From: Geosiphon pyriformis uo1
Lineage: Eukaryota > Fungi > Glomeromycota
Reading direction: 5' to 3'
Length of the DNA stretch: 64,000 bases
Assembly: GCA_016748015.1 (NCBI GenBank)
Contig: JAAOMT010000009.1
Span: forward strand, 1,923,924-1,987,923
Under the pieces are notes generated by a model. That model was not told the origin of the DNA. It made no database searches and saw only the letters and a list, made by a program, of their open reading frames with translations. This document shows positions 13,241-25,915 of this stretch, piece after piece. Both the position numbers and the translations under genes were made by a program. Every line of letters starts with the position of its first letter. Position 1 is the first letter of the stretch.

Positions 13241-14420
13241 AAAGAAGTTTTTCTAATTTTAATATATTATATATTTTCTTTAATAATATATTTAAAAATG
13301 TTGTTTTTGTTATTAATTCTATTAAATATATTTTTATTTTTATTTTAATTAATAGTATTATTATTTTTTTATATACTAATTTAAATAATATTATCTAAAT
13401 TGTGTTTTATTTTATTGTTTTATAAATAAATAATACTAATAGTATAAAAAAATAAGATTTTTTTTTGGTTAATTTTAGCTAATGTTTTACACAATATTTA
13501 ATTAAATTATTTTATTATTCTATTTATTTACAAGTAATATAATTATAATAAAAATTTTTTTACTTTAAATTTTTAACTTAATTTTGTTTACAAAATAAGT
13601 TTTTTGATTTAATAATAATTTGTTTAAATATTTATATTGACAAATTTAGCTATAAATTTAGCATTAACTTTTTAAATAATTATTATTTCTGGCTATTTAA
13701 TTAAATAATTTATAATTATTATAATATACTAGTTTTTTTAATGGTTATTAATATAGTTTTACTAAGTTAATTTTAATTTGATTAAATAATTATTCAATTT
13801 TGATTGATTTTAATAATTTTGTTAATTTAATAATAAATAAAATAGTTTCTAGTTTATTATTAAATTTGGTTTTATTTATTTTAAAATAATTGTTTCTAAA
13901 ATTAAAACATACTAAAATAGTAGTATAGTTATTAATATATTTAATTGTTTAAGTTATTTATTAAAGTTTATTATGGCTTTTATGTTTAATAAATTATTAA
14001 TATTACTGTTTTTTTTTCTTATAATGGATTTTATTTAATATATTTACTTTTTAATAGTAACTTTTAAAACAAAGATATCAATTTTTTGTGATTAATATAA
14101 AAATTAAATAATTAATAAAAATAGTATTTTTAATTTAATATTAATTAATATAAATAAAAATTCTAATTTTATGATTATATAATTTTTTTAATAAAACTTA
14201 AACTTTAATTAACATATATTACTAAATGTTTTCATTTATTTTATTATATTTTTTTAAAATACTTTTACTAAATATGATCTACTTAAAATCTTTTAAAAAA
14301 TTGATTTTTTCTTAAAAAAATTCAATTCACCAAAGAAAATCTTTCTTGCCCAAATTATAATTAATAAAAATTTTTTTTTTCTAACAATAATAAATATGTT
14401 TAATACTTGAAAAAAAGCAT
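13240..14420. repeat. AT-rich decayed repeat block
   Basis: Abrupt compositional switch and no ORFs. Confidence 0.5.
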
Positions 14421-14891
14421 GAATTTCAATAATTTTTAAACGGATACACTTTTATCAAAAATTCTAAAAGATTAGATTTTGCTAATTTGTGTTATATGCA
14501 AAACTTAAAGATAATAACTTCTTAGTTTTCAAATATACTTTATTTAAGCTTTCATATATGTTAATTTGGTTGTGAAAAATGCTATTGAGAAATTTGAAAA
14601 GTTTGAACTATACAGTGCATCATAATTTGGATCAAGAAGGCAAATTTTTTATGATCTTTTGGTTTGCAAGATTAAAAGAAATAAGGATGCTTTGATTTAT
14701 GGATGGCTAGTCACATGTAGAAAGTACATGGTACACATTTACTTTAGACATGTACATGTATTATGTCGGTAAATTATGCACTCAATAAAGGAAAAAAAAG
14801 ATGGTTTTATATAATTTTTATGTAAGTAATAACAATATTATTATTAATCGACATATATAATACAATTTGAGCATTGCAACTAAACTTTGTT

Positions 14892-17033
14892 TTAAACTAT
14901 CTGCACTCCTTCATGTCGTGGAATAAACTTAATGTGATAGGGGTTCGGATGCTGCATTGAAACAAGTTCGAAATTTTTTAGGTCAATTTGAAGTGGTTTT
15001 CCGTTGACATCACATTCAACATTCTCGATACGAAACGCCCATAGGACACCAGTTAAAATGAATAAGAATTCAGACTCAGCCTTTAAATATTGGAAAATGA
15101 AGTTAAAAAAATTGCTGGTAAAAACTTTATGATGAATTCATTTATCAATCACGTACCAAAGAAATCCCAGTACACAAACGTCTCCCTAGTCCAAATGCAA
15201 ACTGGTCCCGATCCTGGTAAGAACCTCTGGCCAATTCCGTCATACTTTCTTTGATCCCGAAAAACCTATCAGGGTTAAATACTTCGGGATCTTTGTATCG
15301 TTTCGGGTCAGAATTCAAGGCATAGATATTGTAGACGATCCCCGAGTTTTTGGGGAGGTGATAACCCATGTATTCATCATCTTGCTCTAGATACCGAGGT
15401 ATAGTCATTGGAAGCTAAAATTTATTTGATTAATTAGAGGTGACAAGTAATTGATGATAATTATTTGATCGAAAAGCAAAAGATTTTTGATATGTAAAGG
15501 AAAAAGATACCGGTGGAGACCAACGAAGTGTTTCTTTGATCAATGCCTGGATGAATGGAAGGGATTGAAAGTCAGAAGAATTCGGTAAGCGTGAATGTCC
15601 TACGATCCTGTCAAGTTCTTCATGAGCTCTTTCTTGAAACTCTGGATGATTTGCCAGGATGGCACAGAGCCAATCAATGCTCGTTGCCAAAGTTTCCTAG
15701 AAAATAAATGCAAACACCACTTAATAAACTGAGAATTTTCTACATAGAAAGGATCCCAAGATTGAAACCTACCGTGCCGGCAATTATAAAAATATAGGCC
15801 AAATAGACCACATCTAATTCATCAATATAACCTTCTTTATGCTTTTCCATCAAATCTCTAGCAACGCATGGCTTCTTTTCAGGATCCTCCTCAACTTTCT
15901 CGAAAAGCTTTTTCATGATCTTTGACCAATCCTCTCGTAACTGAGTTGCTCTAGGAATAATCTTTCTGTAAGGACCAAAGTTAAACAGCCATGGAAATAT
16001 TTGTGGCAACATAGTTTTTGTTGACAAAAGATCCATAGATTCATTTACTTTGAGGGAGACTTCTTGGTAAATTGGATCATCGAAATCTTTTAATCTTATT
16101 CCAAAGATTACGTTCAGAATAATGTTGAAAGATGTGAATTGGAGATATTTTTTTGGGTTGATTCCATTCGATGTGCCTCCTACTTCCAATAACTTTGTGA
16201 GGAGGTCATGTGTGCCTTGTACAATAAGCGAAGAGTAGGAATCAATTTTACGAGGAGTTAAAAAGTTATGGGCTAGGCGGTGGGAAAGACGATAGAATTG
16301 TTAAGTTAGTAATTTAGTCAGAATTTTGATTGAATCTCCACCCAAAAGATGTATATATAATGATTGAAATAAAAAATTTAAATGGAGTTGCAAACCTAGA
16401 GGCATAACCTTTTTATACCAATCATTATATGGTGATGTGCCCAGGTTTCGACCTTTACTCAAAATTTGGGTTATCAAAAGTTCTTTACGTGAGGAATAAA
16501 TTGCACCTCCTGACATAAGAAAAAAAGCGGAAAATAAGAATTAGGTAGGAAATAGGAATTTCCTGAACGTAGTAATTTCAAAGATTTTTACGAACGTTTA
16601 ACTAAAAGGTCATCCACAGCTTTAGAACTATTCAGTACTATCCAACGTAAAGGACCGAACTGGACAAGATATATATCGCCACAGACGTTGCCCCATTCCA
16701 CAAATCTATATTTTTGAGGATAATTTTGAGACAGCTTCAGAAAATTGAATTAAGGAAATTGAAAATTTTGAAATTTCTACATTACTTTTTATGTAGCATT
16801 CCTTTTAATGAGAAAAGATGACCTATTGATATGAATTAGCGAGTTGAAATAGGAAGCAGATTTCATACGAAGTTTATAATATCATGAAATTATTTTGAAT
16901 TAATAAAATACTCACCAAAGAGTGGAATCTTTCCAGGCGCTTCAGGTAACGGTTTGAGGCCATTGGGTCTTGATTTCTTTTGATAAAAATACCAAGCGAG
17001 AAATGGCAAAAATAAATACCAAAAAATATGCAT
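14892..17033 (-). CDS. Cytochrome P450 (multi-exon, apparently intact)
   Basis: MHIFWYLFLPFLAWYFY membrane anchor, PLPEAPGKIPLFGHL, I-helix FIIAGT/ETLATS, ETLR, FNPDRF, heme motif FGLGRRLCTG. Exons join in frame through GT-AG introns. Ends PRHEGVQIV*. Confidence 0.93.
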
Positions 17034-18241
17034 TTTTGAAGCACTTTGTAAAATGGTTAAAAATCAAAGCCATTTTAACAGGGAAAAGGCTGAATGATTT
17101 TAAATATAGAAAAATAAGTATATAATTTTTAATTTATTAAAAGTTTCACCTGTGCTTTTTCTGTGAACTTATTAAGGTATTTCGAATTCACGTTGTTACA
17201 TTTTTTATCTATTCGCGCACTTTGCAGGTAATCTACAAAATGTCTTGCCAAATGCCTCTCATACGTAAGGAATGGTTTAATCCATTTATTTTGTATACAT
17301 AATTTGGTTATCAAATTGATATATATTTTTGAGTTTGATCCAATCCATAGTACAAACTCTAACTTTAGCTTGTCCTTATCTCGCAATGAGGAATTTTTTC
17401 TCTCTTTTTAAAATATATTATTAGGAAGAATTGTGGTAACACACTTGTCACGACTCAAATACATTGTTTACATTAAGAGATTGACCCGTAAAATTACCAA
17501 AAAAGAAAAAGTGTTACCAATAAATATGCATCTGTGGATATTAAATTATTTTGAAAAAAATCTCTGAATTCAAAAAATACATTCCTCAAGTCAAAAGAAG
17601 AGCTGTTTTATGTTTCACCTATTTCAAGCAATCATTAACCATTTTTTTTTGTTTAAAACAGTTCTTTCGGTTTATTAGGAAAGTTTTAATTTATTTTAGT
17701 ATAACATGATAAGACTAGTTTGAGAGTGTTGGTTATTTTTTAAAAAAAAGTAAATTATAACAATTATTAAACAATATTTTTGGGGAATCTTATTTTTGAA
17801 AAACAATTTTTTTGTTTTAGTTCATTCATTCTTTGAAGTTGCTGGAATTCAAAAAACCTGAAAATTATTTGATATAAAAAACTTTTCATTATGGACCAAA
17901 TAAAATGTTTTCCCAGAAAGGGGAAATTATTTCCAACATATATATATATATATATATATATGTTGACTGTATATTTGATAGAAAGAAACCAATATATTAA
18001 AAATTTTTCTCAAATTATAATTATTTGGCTAGATAATGACATTAAACAACAGAGTTATAAAATTTCAAAAATATTCAATAAAATTTAATAATAATTGATT
18101 AAACTATTATTACCAATTTTAATAAATAAGAAATATTACCACTTTTACATTTCGAATTAATCATATCATTAATTTGTTTTGACCAATCACGATTTATTAC
18201 CACTCTTCGAGGACTGATTCTAGGTTTGCTAAGTTCTAGAT

Positions 18242-18439
18242 TCATCCTTTTTTTTGCGTATTTGGATTATACCGGGGAGACTCCGGATTGAACGAATCAG
18301 CACGAGGGTTTGGCGTTCCTTTTACAGCTGGTTGAGAAACTTTCTTTTCTTCCGTATTTGGATTATACCGAGGAGCCTCCTTATTCTTCGAATCGCTACG
18401 ATTGTCATCCCTTTCTTTTTGAGTTGGTTTTCCACTCAT
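18242..18439 (-). CDS. Small hydrophilic 65-aa protein with duplicated E[AS]PRYNPNT motif, unknown function
   Basis: GC-richer ORF island with a good start context (caagATG), an internal repeat, and TATAAAAG upstream on the minus strand near 18620-18628. Confidence 0.55.
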   Translation of the reverse strand: MSGKPTQKERDDNRSDSKNKEAPRYNPNTEEKKVSQPAVKGTPNPRADSFNPESPRYNPNTQKKG

Positions 18440-18672
18440 CTTGAAACTGATTCCCTAAGTTTGGAAATTTTGAAATTAAATTGCTGGTGTGTTTAATTAA
18501 CAATAGATTGAAAAGGAATTAATTAATGATTGGGAAGAGGTCTTTGACTTTGTATAAACGCAATTAAAGAGAAATTTTTAAAAGCGTAAAGAAAATATTC
18601 ATGAAGTTAGATGGCCTCTACTTTTATAGTTCACAACAATAAATAACCATTTTTTATTTACGTTTACAAATG

Positions 18673-18774
18673 TTTGGATTAAAAGGAGATGAAATCTTTT
18701 TGATCCAACAACAATTGACCATCATTTCTTATTAAGTTTACAGATCTTTGGATTAAAACGAGATGAAATCTTTT
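18673..18774. repeat. 28-bp direct repeat (18673-18700 and 18747-18774), possibly regulatory
   Basis: tttggattaaaa[g/c]gagatgaaatctttt twice with one mismatch. Confidence 0.8.
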
Positions 18775-19397
18775 GGAATAGCACCTGATTAGTGGGAAAA
18801 ACAATAATCCAAAAAGGAAATGAATCATAACAATGAGAAATGTTTTTCCACACTAAAAAGCAGGTTCAAAAAGTATTTGTTAATTTCGACACTTGACAGG
18901 GAATCAATATTGTTATTAAGGCCTAGTGTGGCAATTGACAAGTGAATTTTAGGGAATTATCGTTTTAGAGGTAGTAACCAAGAATGGGATATTTATTGCG
19001 TCATCACTATCTACATATGAAATTGCTTTTTTAATTCTACTTTCCCCCTACAAAAAAAAATTTTTTTACATCTTTCTTAAATTATCATATGATTTTATAA
19101 TAGTGAAATAAAAAGAAGTTTTTTGATGACATGATTTGTAATACTAAGAAATTTTTAATCGATTTCTTTGTTACTTAAAAAGACACCTTAAAAATAAACT
19201 CCAAAGAGACTAAACCTAGTATTAAGGTTAAAAAATAAAATTCCCAGGCAATCTTGCTTACCTGATCGAATCTTCTTAAAATGAATCAAAGGCTGATAAG
19301 ATGAGAATAATCTCATAGCCTGCCTCACCATCTGCGCCTTTAAAAATTTTTTGATTAACAAAAATAATTTTTGCAATTAGCTGTCGAACCCTATACT

Positions 19398-19398
19398 C

Positions 19399-19476
<78 letters not shown>
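19398..19476. repeat. (AAT)n microsatellite
   Basis: Seen directly. Confidence 0.95.
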
Positions 19477-20629
19477 TATAATATGATATGATATTATATG
19501 ATACAATATGATATGTGTCTCTGGATAATCAGGATCTTATATAACATGTTTTCGGTGGTATTATTTTTTGTTTCATCATTAACTTTAAAAACAAGATCAA
19601 TATAATTTTCTCACTGATTGAGGCATTATCAATAACAATCAAAAACTAAAATCATAATTGCTTTTATCAAAAGCTAACAGGTAAAAATATTAGATTTTTT
19701 TTGGTCTATCTGGTTCCCCAATTTTATAGAGGGTTTAATTTGTCTTAATTAATAAATTTAAACGGGGAATATCGGCTAAATTCGTGTCTTTCTCTCCCAT
19801 ATCTATGATGCCTTACCGTTCACACGCACGCAAGTAAAATTGTCTCTGATTGATATTTTTTTTATCCCACAAACATCATGGGAACTCTAAATATATACTT
19901 GATCATTTTTCTTGAGCTCGAATTCAAACTAAATGTTAACTTAGAAGTTTATATCTAATCCAATGAGCACGATGGACAGCCTTTTGCATCATGCATCAAA
20001 CGCCACATTTACCTCTCACAAATTTTTTATTAAGCAGAAAATATGTCAGCGACATTGCACAGTAAAATCATGGCTAAGAAAAGATGCAAGGGATCCTTTG
20101 GTAATAACTTGTTTTTGCTTATTTCTTCTGTTTAGTTTTTTTTAATATCTCAAAGTTCTTTTTCTTTCGCAAGCAAAATATTTATGAGAAATTCAAGAGA
20201 AATTAAATCCTGGAAAGGATTACTATTAAGTAATTGAAATGAACCTAACTGATTCATTTAAAGACAAATCACGAATACTTTCTGAACTGAATTTAGACAA
20301 TTTTTATCAAAACTTTTTTTCTCGAGAAAATACTTTTAAATTTACGAATCAGAAATTTAGTTATATCTTCATTTCAACATTTGTCCAAGCAAGTGGAAAA
20401 TTTTAATATTTTATAATATATTTATCTTTTTCGGGTGGCTGATCACATGTAGAAAATGAGCCCCGTTTAATATGGAACATTTACATGTTGGATGTATTTA
20501 TTTAAATCATACTCTTATAGAAAAAAAAAATTTTTTTTTTTTAAAAACTATACAAATTTTTACACTTTTTGTATTTCACAAATTTGATATATTTTATAGC
20601 AAAAATCAAATCTTAAATTGAAAACGAAT

Positions 20630-22230
20630 AGTCAAGATTTTAATGTCGAAACCACATCGACCCCCTCCCTTGGCTCAAAAATTAATTTATAATATAATTA
20701 ATTAATTTATTAAAGAATAAAAGCAATAGAAACTTCTAATAAATTATTAAATAATTCTAAAAAATTCCATTTTGCTAATGGATTATCTGCAGAATGAATA
20801 ATATGTCCAACAAATTCAAATTCAAATTCAAATTCAAATTCAAATTCAAATTCAAATTCAAATTCAAATTCAGATGGTCTACTATTTATAATTTCACTAT
20901 TATCAAAATGATTTTCAATATTCAATATACTCATCCAAATCTCAATAATGTGTAACTAATGTTTCTTTATTAAAGATTTCAATATTTTTATTAGTTTTTT
21001 TAAAAGTTTTATTTGAATTTTCTTCTTTATTATTATTCACCTTAAGTGAAAATAATTCTGTTAATTCTTCTTGTAATGTAGTTTTATTATTATCATAAAA
21101 TTGAATAAGAGTTACAAAATAAATTTGTTTATGTTGTTATTTAGCTTTTTTAATAATATCTTGACATTTTTGTTTACTTAGTATATTACTATATAATTAA
21201 CTTATTGTTAAACTTTTTTATACTTGAATAAATAATTAAAATTGGTAACATAAAATTAAAAAAAAAAACAAAAACAAAAAATATATTTGTAAATAATTTC
21301 AGTGTTTTGTATGTAAAAACCCTATATTTAACTATAATTATTTAACAGAAGCTAAATTAACAAATATTTCAAATAATTACATAGTTAATTAAAATAATTC
21401 TGATATTAAATCTTTTATTAACTTTCAAAAATCAATAATAATAAAAGTAAAGATCGTTTTTATTGAGACCACCAATTTTTTAATTATGTAATCATATGAT
21501 TATAAAAATAATCATCTTAATAATTTATTTAAAACAATATACAATTTTATATAATTTTGTAATGTCTTTTTAGAATTTATTTAACATTCTATATAATAAT
21601 TATAAAAAATTTCAAAGTTTATAAAATTGAATCCAAAAATTGGAATTCTGTATAATTAATACAATATTTGATAAAAAGGTTTTTTTATAATAATATTTCC
21701 TAATAAAAATATTTATTTAAACTTATTATATATATTTTATTTATAATAAATGTTACTTACTTTAAGTACAGCTTTAGTTTTCAAAACAAAATAAAAATAA
21801 AAACTGTTTTAATGTATTTTAGCTAGAGTGACAAGAAAAATTGTTTTTTTAAATAATAGATGTATAATATAATTAGTAAAAAATTTTGGTCTTTTTGTTT
21901 TTGAAGTAAAAACACTAGTAGATGATTTTTAAATCTTAAAAGTTGTAAAAATCGAAGTAAAATTTTTATTTTCAGAATCAGAATTAATATAAGCTACTAT
22001 TTTTATATTAAAAGATATAAGCTGATAATTATAATGTATTATTCAATAAATAAAAATATTTTTGCTACTTTTCTTAATGTTTTCAAATACTAATTATGCA
22101 CAAATCTTCAAAACTTTTTGTGTATTATATTTTACTTCAAAAATTTGGGCACTTTCAAAAATGGGTTTGACATAATTTTGTCTTGTTAAAAACAAAGCAC
22201 TCAGGATTTGTAAGAGTAAGAAGTAAGGTA
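20630..22230 (-). mobile_element. Probable highly decayed hAT-type transposase relic with an internal (AAATTC)n expansion at 20811-20872
   Basis: The C-terminal fragment HSADNPLAKWNFLELF resembles, from recall, the H-P-A-D-x-x-x-A-K-W-x-L-x-x-L-F tail of Glomeromycotina hAT/RNase-H-like proteins. The rest is AT-eroded. Confidence 0.4.
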
Positions 22231-22539
22231 TGCTTTCATATACATAAAAAGTAAATTGTCTTTTTATTTGCTTTTTTTGTTACAGATTTAGCTAAATAAA
22301 AAAATCTCGAAAATTATGTTCTTTTTACCCATTGTAAGGTTTTTTGTAAAAAAATCTTTTTTCCATTAATTTGAGGTCATTTGCTATCACTGAGCATAAA
22401 CAGCAAGTTCTGATAGGACAGAACAGGATCAATGATCATGTTCAAAGATCTAATAATTTTTATGTTATTGAATATTAAAATCTTGAAAATGAACAACATT
22501 TAATGGCTAAAGTGGAGAGTCTATCCAAGGTTCATGTTT

Positions 22540-23420
22540 GTCTGATTTTTTCAAGTTTCCGCTCTCATCCAAAAATCTTTCCAAACAGAAATTTTCAGGA
22601 TTTTCATATAATAATAGATCCATATTGATGAAAAAGATGTTAAGAATTTGCTGGAATGTGATAATCATGACAGAGACATTATTTTTCTACACTAACATGT
22701 GGTAGGAGAAATTGTAACGAGGCCTAAAATAATTTGAAATTAGTAATCACATTAAAAAATTTTGACAAATTACAAACCTGAAACATAAACTTTCTTTTAT
22801 TGTTGCTTGCAAATAATGTAGTTGCTTCTAATGTTCCACCTTAGGAAATTTTCCTTTCCCAACTACTGAATCTAATTCATCTTAAATCCTTTTCTACACT
22901 TTGAGAACCTTTGCGAAAAGTATATATAACCATTTCAAATTGGTAAGAGTAGTTCCAATTCTGCCAATCATAATATCCTGACAAATTCCAATAAGATCAT
23001 GTTGAACAAGAGTATATTTTCCATCTTGACCTCTCTCGAATCGATGGGTGGTAGTAAAAGTTAGGATCAACTATAACAGATTTCGGAATATTAGTAACCA
23101 AACAATTCTCACTATCTGCTTTTTTCTTGATTCGGTTTAAAATTTCCTCATTGATTTCTTCATATGCAATAGAAAGCTTGGTTGTTTCGGCTGCCAAGAT
23201 TTTACTGAGTTCAAAATGTTGAAGCCACAGAAAAACATTCAATATGCTCCTTTTCATGTTAGAAAACTTGAAGATTGCATCGCTAATGAGCTTATATTTT
23301 TTTACATTATCTGGATCCAAAGCTCCCCGACCAATGACAATCATAGTGAATATTTTTATAATTGTAATTTGAATCTCAGGTCTAGAATTCACGGCTACAA
23401 CATCTAAAGAGTTTAAATAT
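22540..23420 (-). pseudogene. Cytochrome P450 pseudogene
   Basis: Fragments in shifting frames: TMIVIGRG..NVFLWLQHF, DLIGICQDIMIGRIGTT (I-helix remnant), DELDSVVGKG, ENPENFCLERFLDE. Stops and frameshifts, and no heme motif seen. Confidence 0.75.
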
Positions 23421-23589
23421 TGATGGAAAAGGAATTTTTTTGTTTTTTCTGTTGTTATTGAGGAATAAATTGTTTCAAATATGTTTTGTCATAGTTCTTG
23501 AACTTGGATTGAGCAAAGGATTTTTCACCAGTTATTGTTCTTTAGAAAATTATGCAAGAATTATTGATATTATTTTCAAATTTAGTCTT

Positions 23590-24045
23590 ACTGGTGCACC
23601 TTAATAACCCCCACTAAATCTTACTATTTTGTATATGCTCGTTTCTAAGTGGTTTTATAGACTTCTTCCAACAATACTTTTGCATCCATTAGATTCAAAA
23701 ATTAGGAACTTACTTTCGTCAGACCAGATTACCTGGTTTCAGTTTTCAATAGTTGAATTTGGTGTATTTTTTTAGGTAAATGTTTTTTTTTATAATTCGT
23801 GCTCGTAAGCCATTTCGCCTGAGTGTTCTACGAACAGTTTCAACATTTAACATTAATTTTATTGTCGTTGTTGAACATAATTGAGTAGAAATAAGACGAC
23901 CAATTTTTCCTTACCAATTTCTTTTTTATGCGTATTTCTGTAGATTGTATTACAAATTTACGATAAGTCAACTTTTTGCGTGGAATATCCTTCTTTAATA
24001 TGGTTTTATATTCTTACGCGTTTTTCTATAGAAATACGGTCATAA
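23590..24045 (-). mobile_element. Tc1/mariner transposase relic
   Basis: Minus-strand fragments RISIEKRVRI..HIKEGYSTQKV, VETVRRTLRRNGLRAR, NQVIWSDESKF, YCWKK. Confidence 0.8.
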
Positions 24046-24419
24046 TAATTTTTTTATAACAACAAGATTGTTAATTCATTTCTGAGGATTCTCTTTCAGT
24101 TTCAGTATATATAATCAAAGAAAAAATTCTTCTCTTTAATCATTTGTATTAAGACAATCTGAAAGTGCGATAAAACCACATAAGAAACGCGATCACCTTG
24201 AGTGATTTTTTTAATAATGTCAATCGTAACAATTGATGTCCAGATTTTCTCGGTGATACGATGATTTTCCTGTAATTTGAATTATGTAAAGTACTCCTAA
24301 AAAGTAACGCCTGATTTGGACGTGCATCAATTTTTAAAAAATCAAGATTCTCCTTTTTTTGAAAAATAAACATGACATTATTTACTTTTTACATTATAAT
24401 ATCTTCATATAATAAATGA

Positions 24420-25320
24420 CATTAATTCGTACACAACTAAACGAAATTGACCAAGGGAAGATTTTGAAATATATAAAAACCATGAATGCTGCTCAAATCG
24501 CAAAAATGCTTGGATGTGACCTCACAACAATACGCTGCTTTATTGCCAAGTATCAAAGAGAACAAGAAAAAAAATGAAAACTTAAAATGTTCCGGAAGAC
24601 TACCAATTCTTAGCAACTGCGAAAAAAATTTACTTGTATGTAAAGCCAACGAAAAACGACATGCACCACTCCACAAAATTGTAGTCTGTTAACTACTGCA
24701 ATTGTACTGTACAACTCCCGAATTCATTCATGTATCACAGTAAAGAAACCTTATATCTCAGAAACACATGCTTATATCCGTGTTAGATGCGAAATAAAAC
24801 CGCTTATGATTGGGGAAATGTTATCTTCTTTGATGAGATGAGCGTGTGGAAATTAGGAAGCAATCACGACAACCAAGATTTTGTAGAGCACAGTAGAGGG
24901 AAATTTATTACTAATTGCTTGATGCTTACTTTTAAAATTAGACGAAAATTTATAATTATTTGGGGGTTTGCAGGAGGATTAAAAGAATTATTAGTATTTT
25001 GTGAAAAAATAAATGCAAATACTTACCATTTCGGAACACAATTGAGGTGTTAATTGGAAGCTACGCAAGATAATGTACCGATTCATTTTGCGGAAAAAAT
25101 CGATGGAAAATAAAATTACGACTATCCACTGGCTGACGATTCACCAGATCTGAATCCAATTAAGAACATTTGGAAGTTGTTTAACTCTGTTGGGAATGGG
25201 ATAAATTTGATTCCTTTATTCTCAAAGAGGATATTATCTCAATGCCAAGCCTTAAAGTGAAATGTAGGGCCGACAAATTATTAATTAAATATAATTTTTT
25301 ATTTGGTGTATAAATTGTTA
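24420..25320 (+). mobile_element. Tc1/mariner transposase relic
   Basis: AAQIAKMLGCDLTTIR (HTH), SGRLPILS, WGNVIFFDEMSVW, QDNVPIH, SPDLNPIKNIWK in broken frames. Confidence 0.8.
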
Positions 25321-25915
25321 AAAACAAAATAAAACGGAAAAGTATCAAAATTTTTATGTCCGATTTTGAATCTGCTTTAGATATAACGAAAATCACATGA
25401 ACTTCTCTTTGGATCAGACTAGGTAGAAGATAAAAAAGTTTTATATTGCGGTAACTTTTGCCTGTTGGTCATTTGCTGAAAAATTTCAATCGCAAATATA
25501 AAATTTATTCTTTTGTAGAATAGGAACTTCTAGTTGAACAGTTTTTTTAGTTTTGCAATTTTTCAAAATATTCAAAGTTTAGCAAACAAATTGGAATCAG
25601 AATATTTTCCAAAAGTTATTAACATTTAAAAATTTTCCAATGAGCAGGTTAAATGGAAATTCTTAGCAAAGTCAAAGTATAACTTTCAACACATTCAATA
25701 TTGTGACTAAATTTATTTTCGGGGTCTGAAACTGTGTCAAATTTTATGCCCCCAAAAATATTAGGGTCCGATTCCCATCCAAAAACAGTAAAAAAGTAAT
25801 GCGAGTTTTGTCATGATTACAAATTAGGTCACTGATTGTTCATTAGTTCAGTGATTTCCCAAATAAAAGAATTTACTCTCGAACATAATCGCTAAAATTC
25901 TATCATATAATTTCA

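Noticed and set aside
19900-20400. Slightly coding-like stretch with possible splice signals
   Set aside because: No consistent frame or recognisable motif; at most an unidentifiable relic.
20811-20872. (AAATTC)n as telomere-like or CRISPR-like repeat
   Set aside because: Simple hexamer expansion with no spacers, not TTAGGG-type, and internal to a TE relic.
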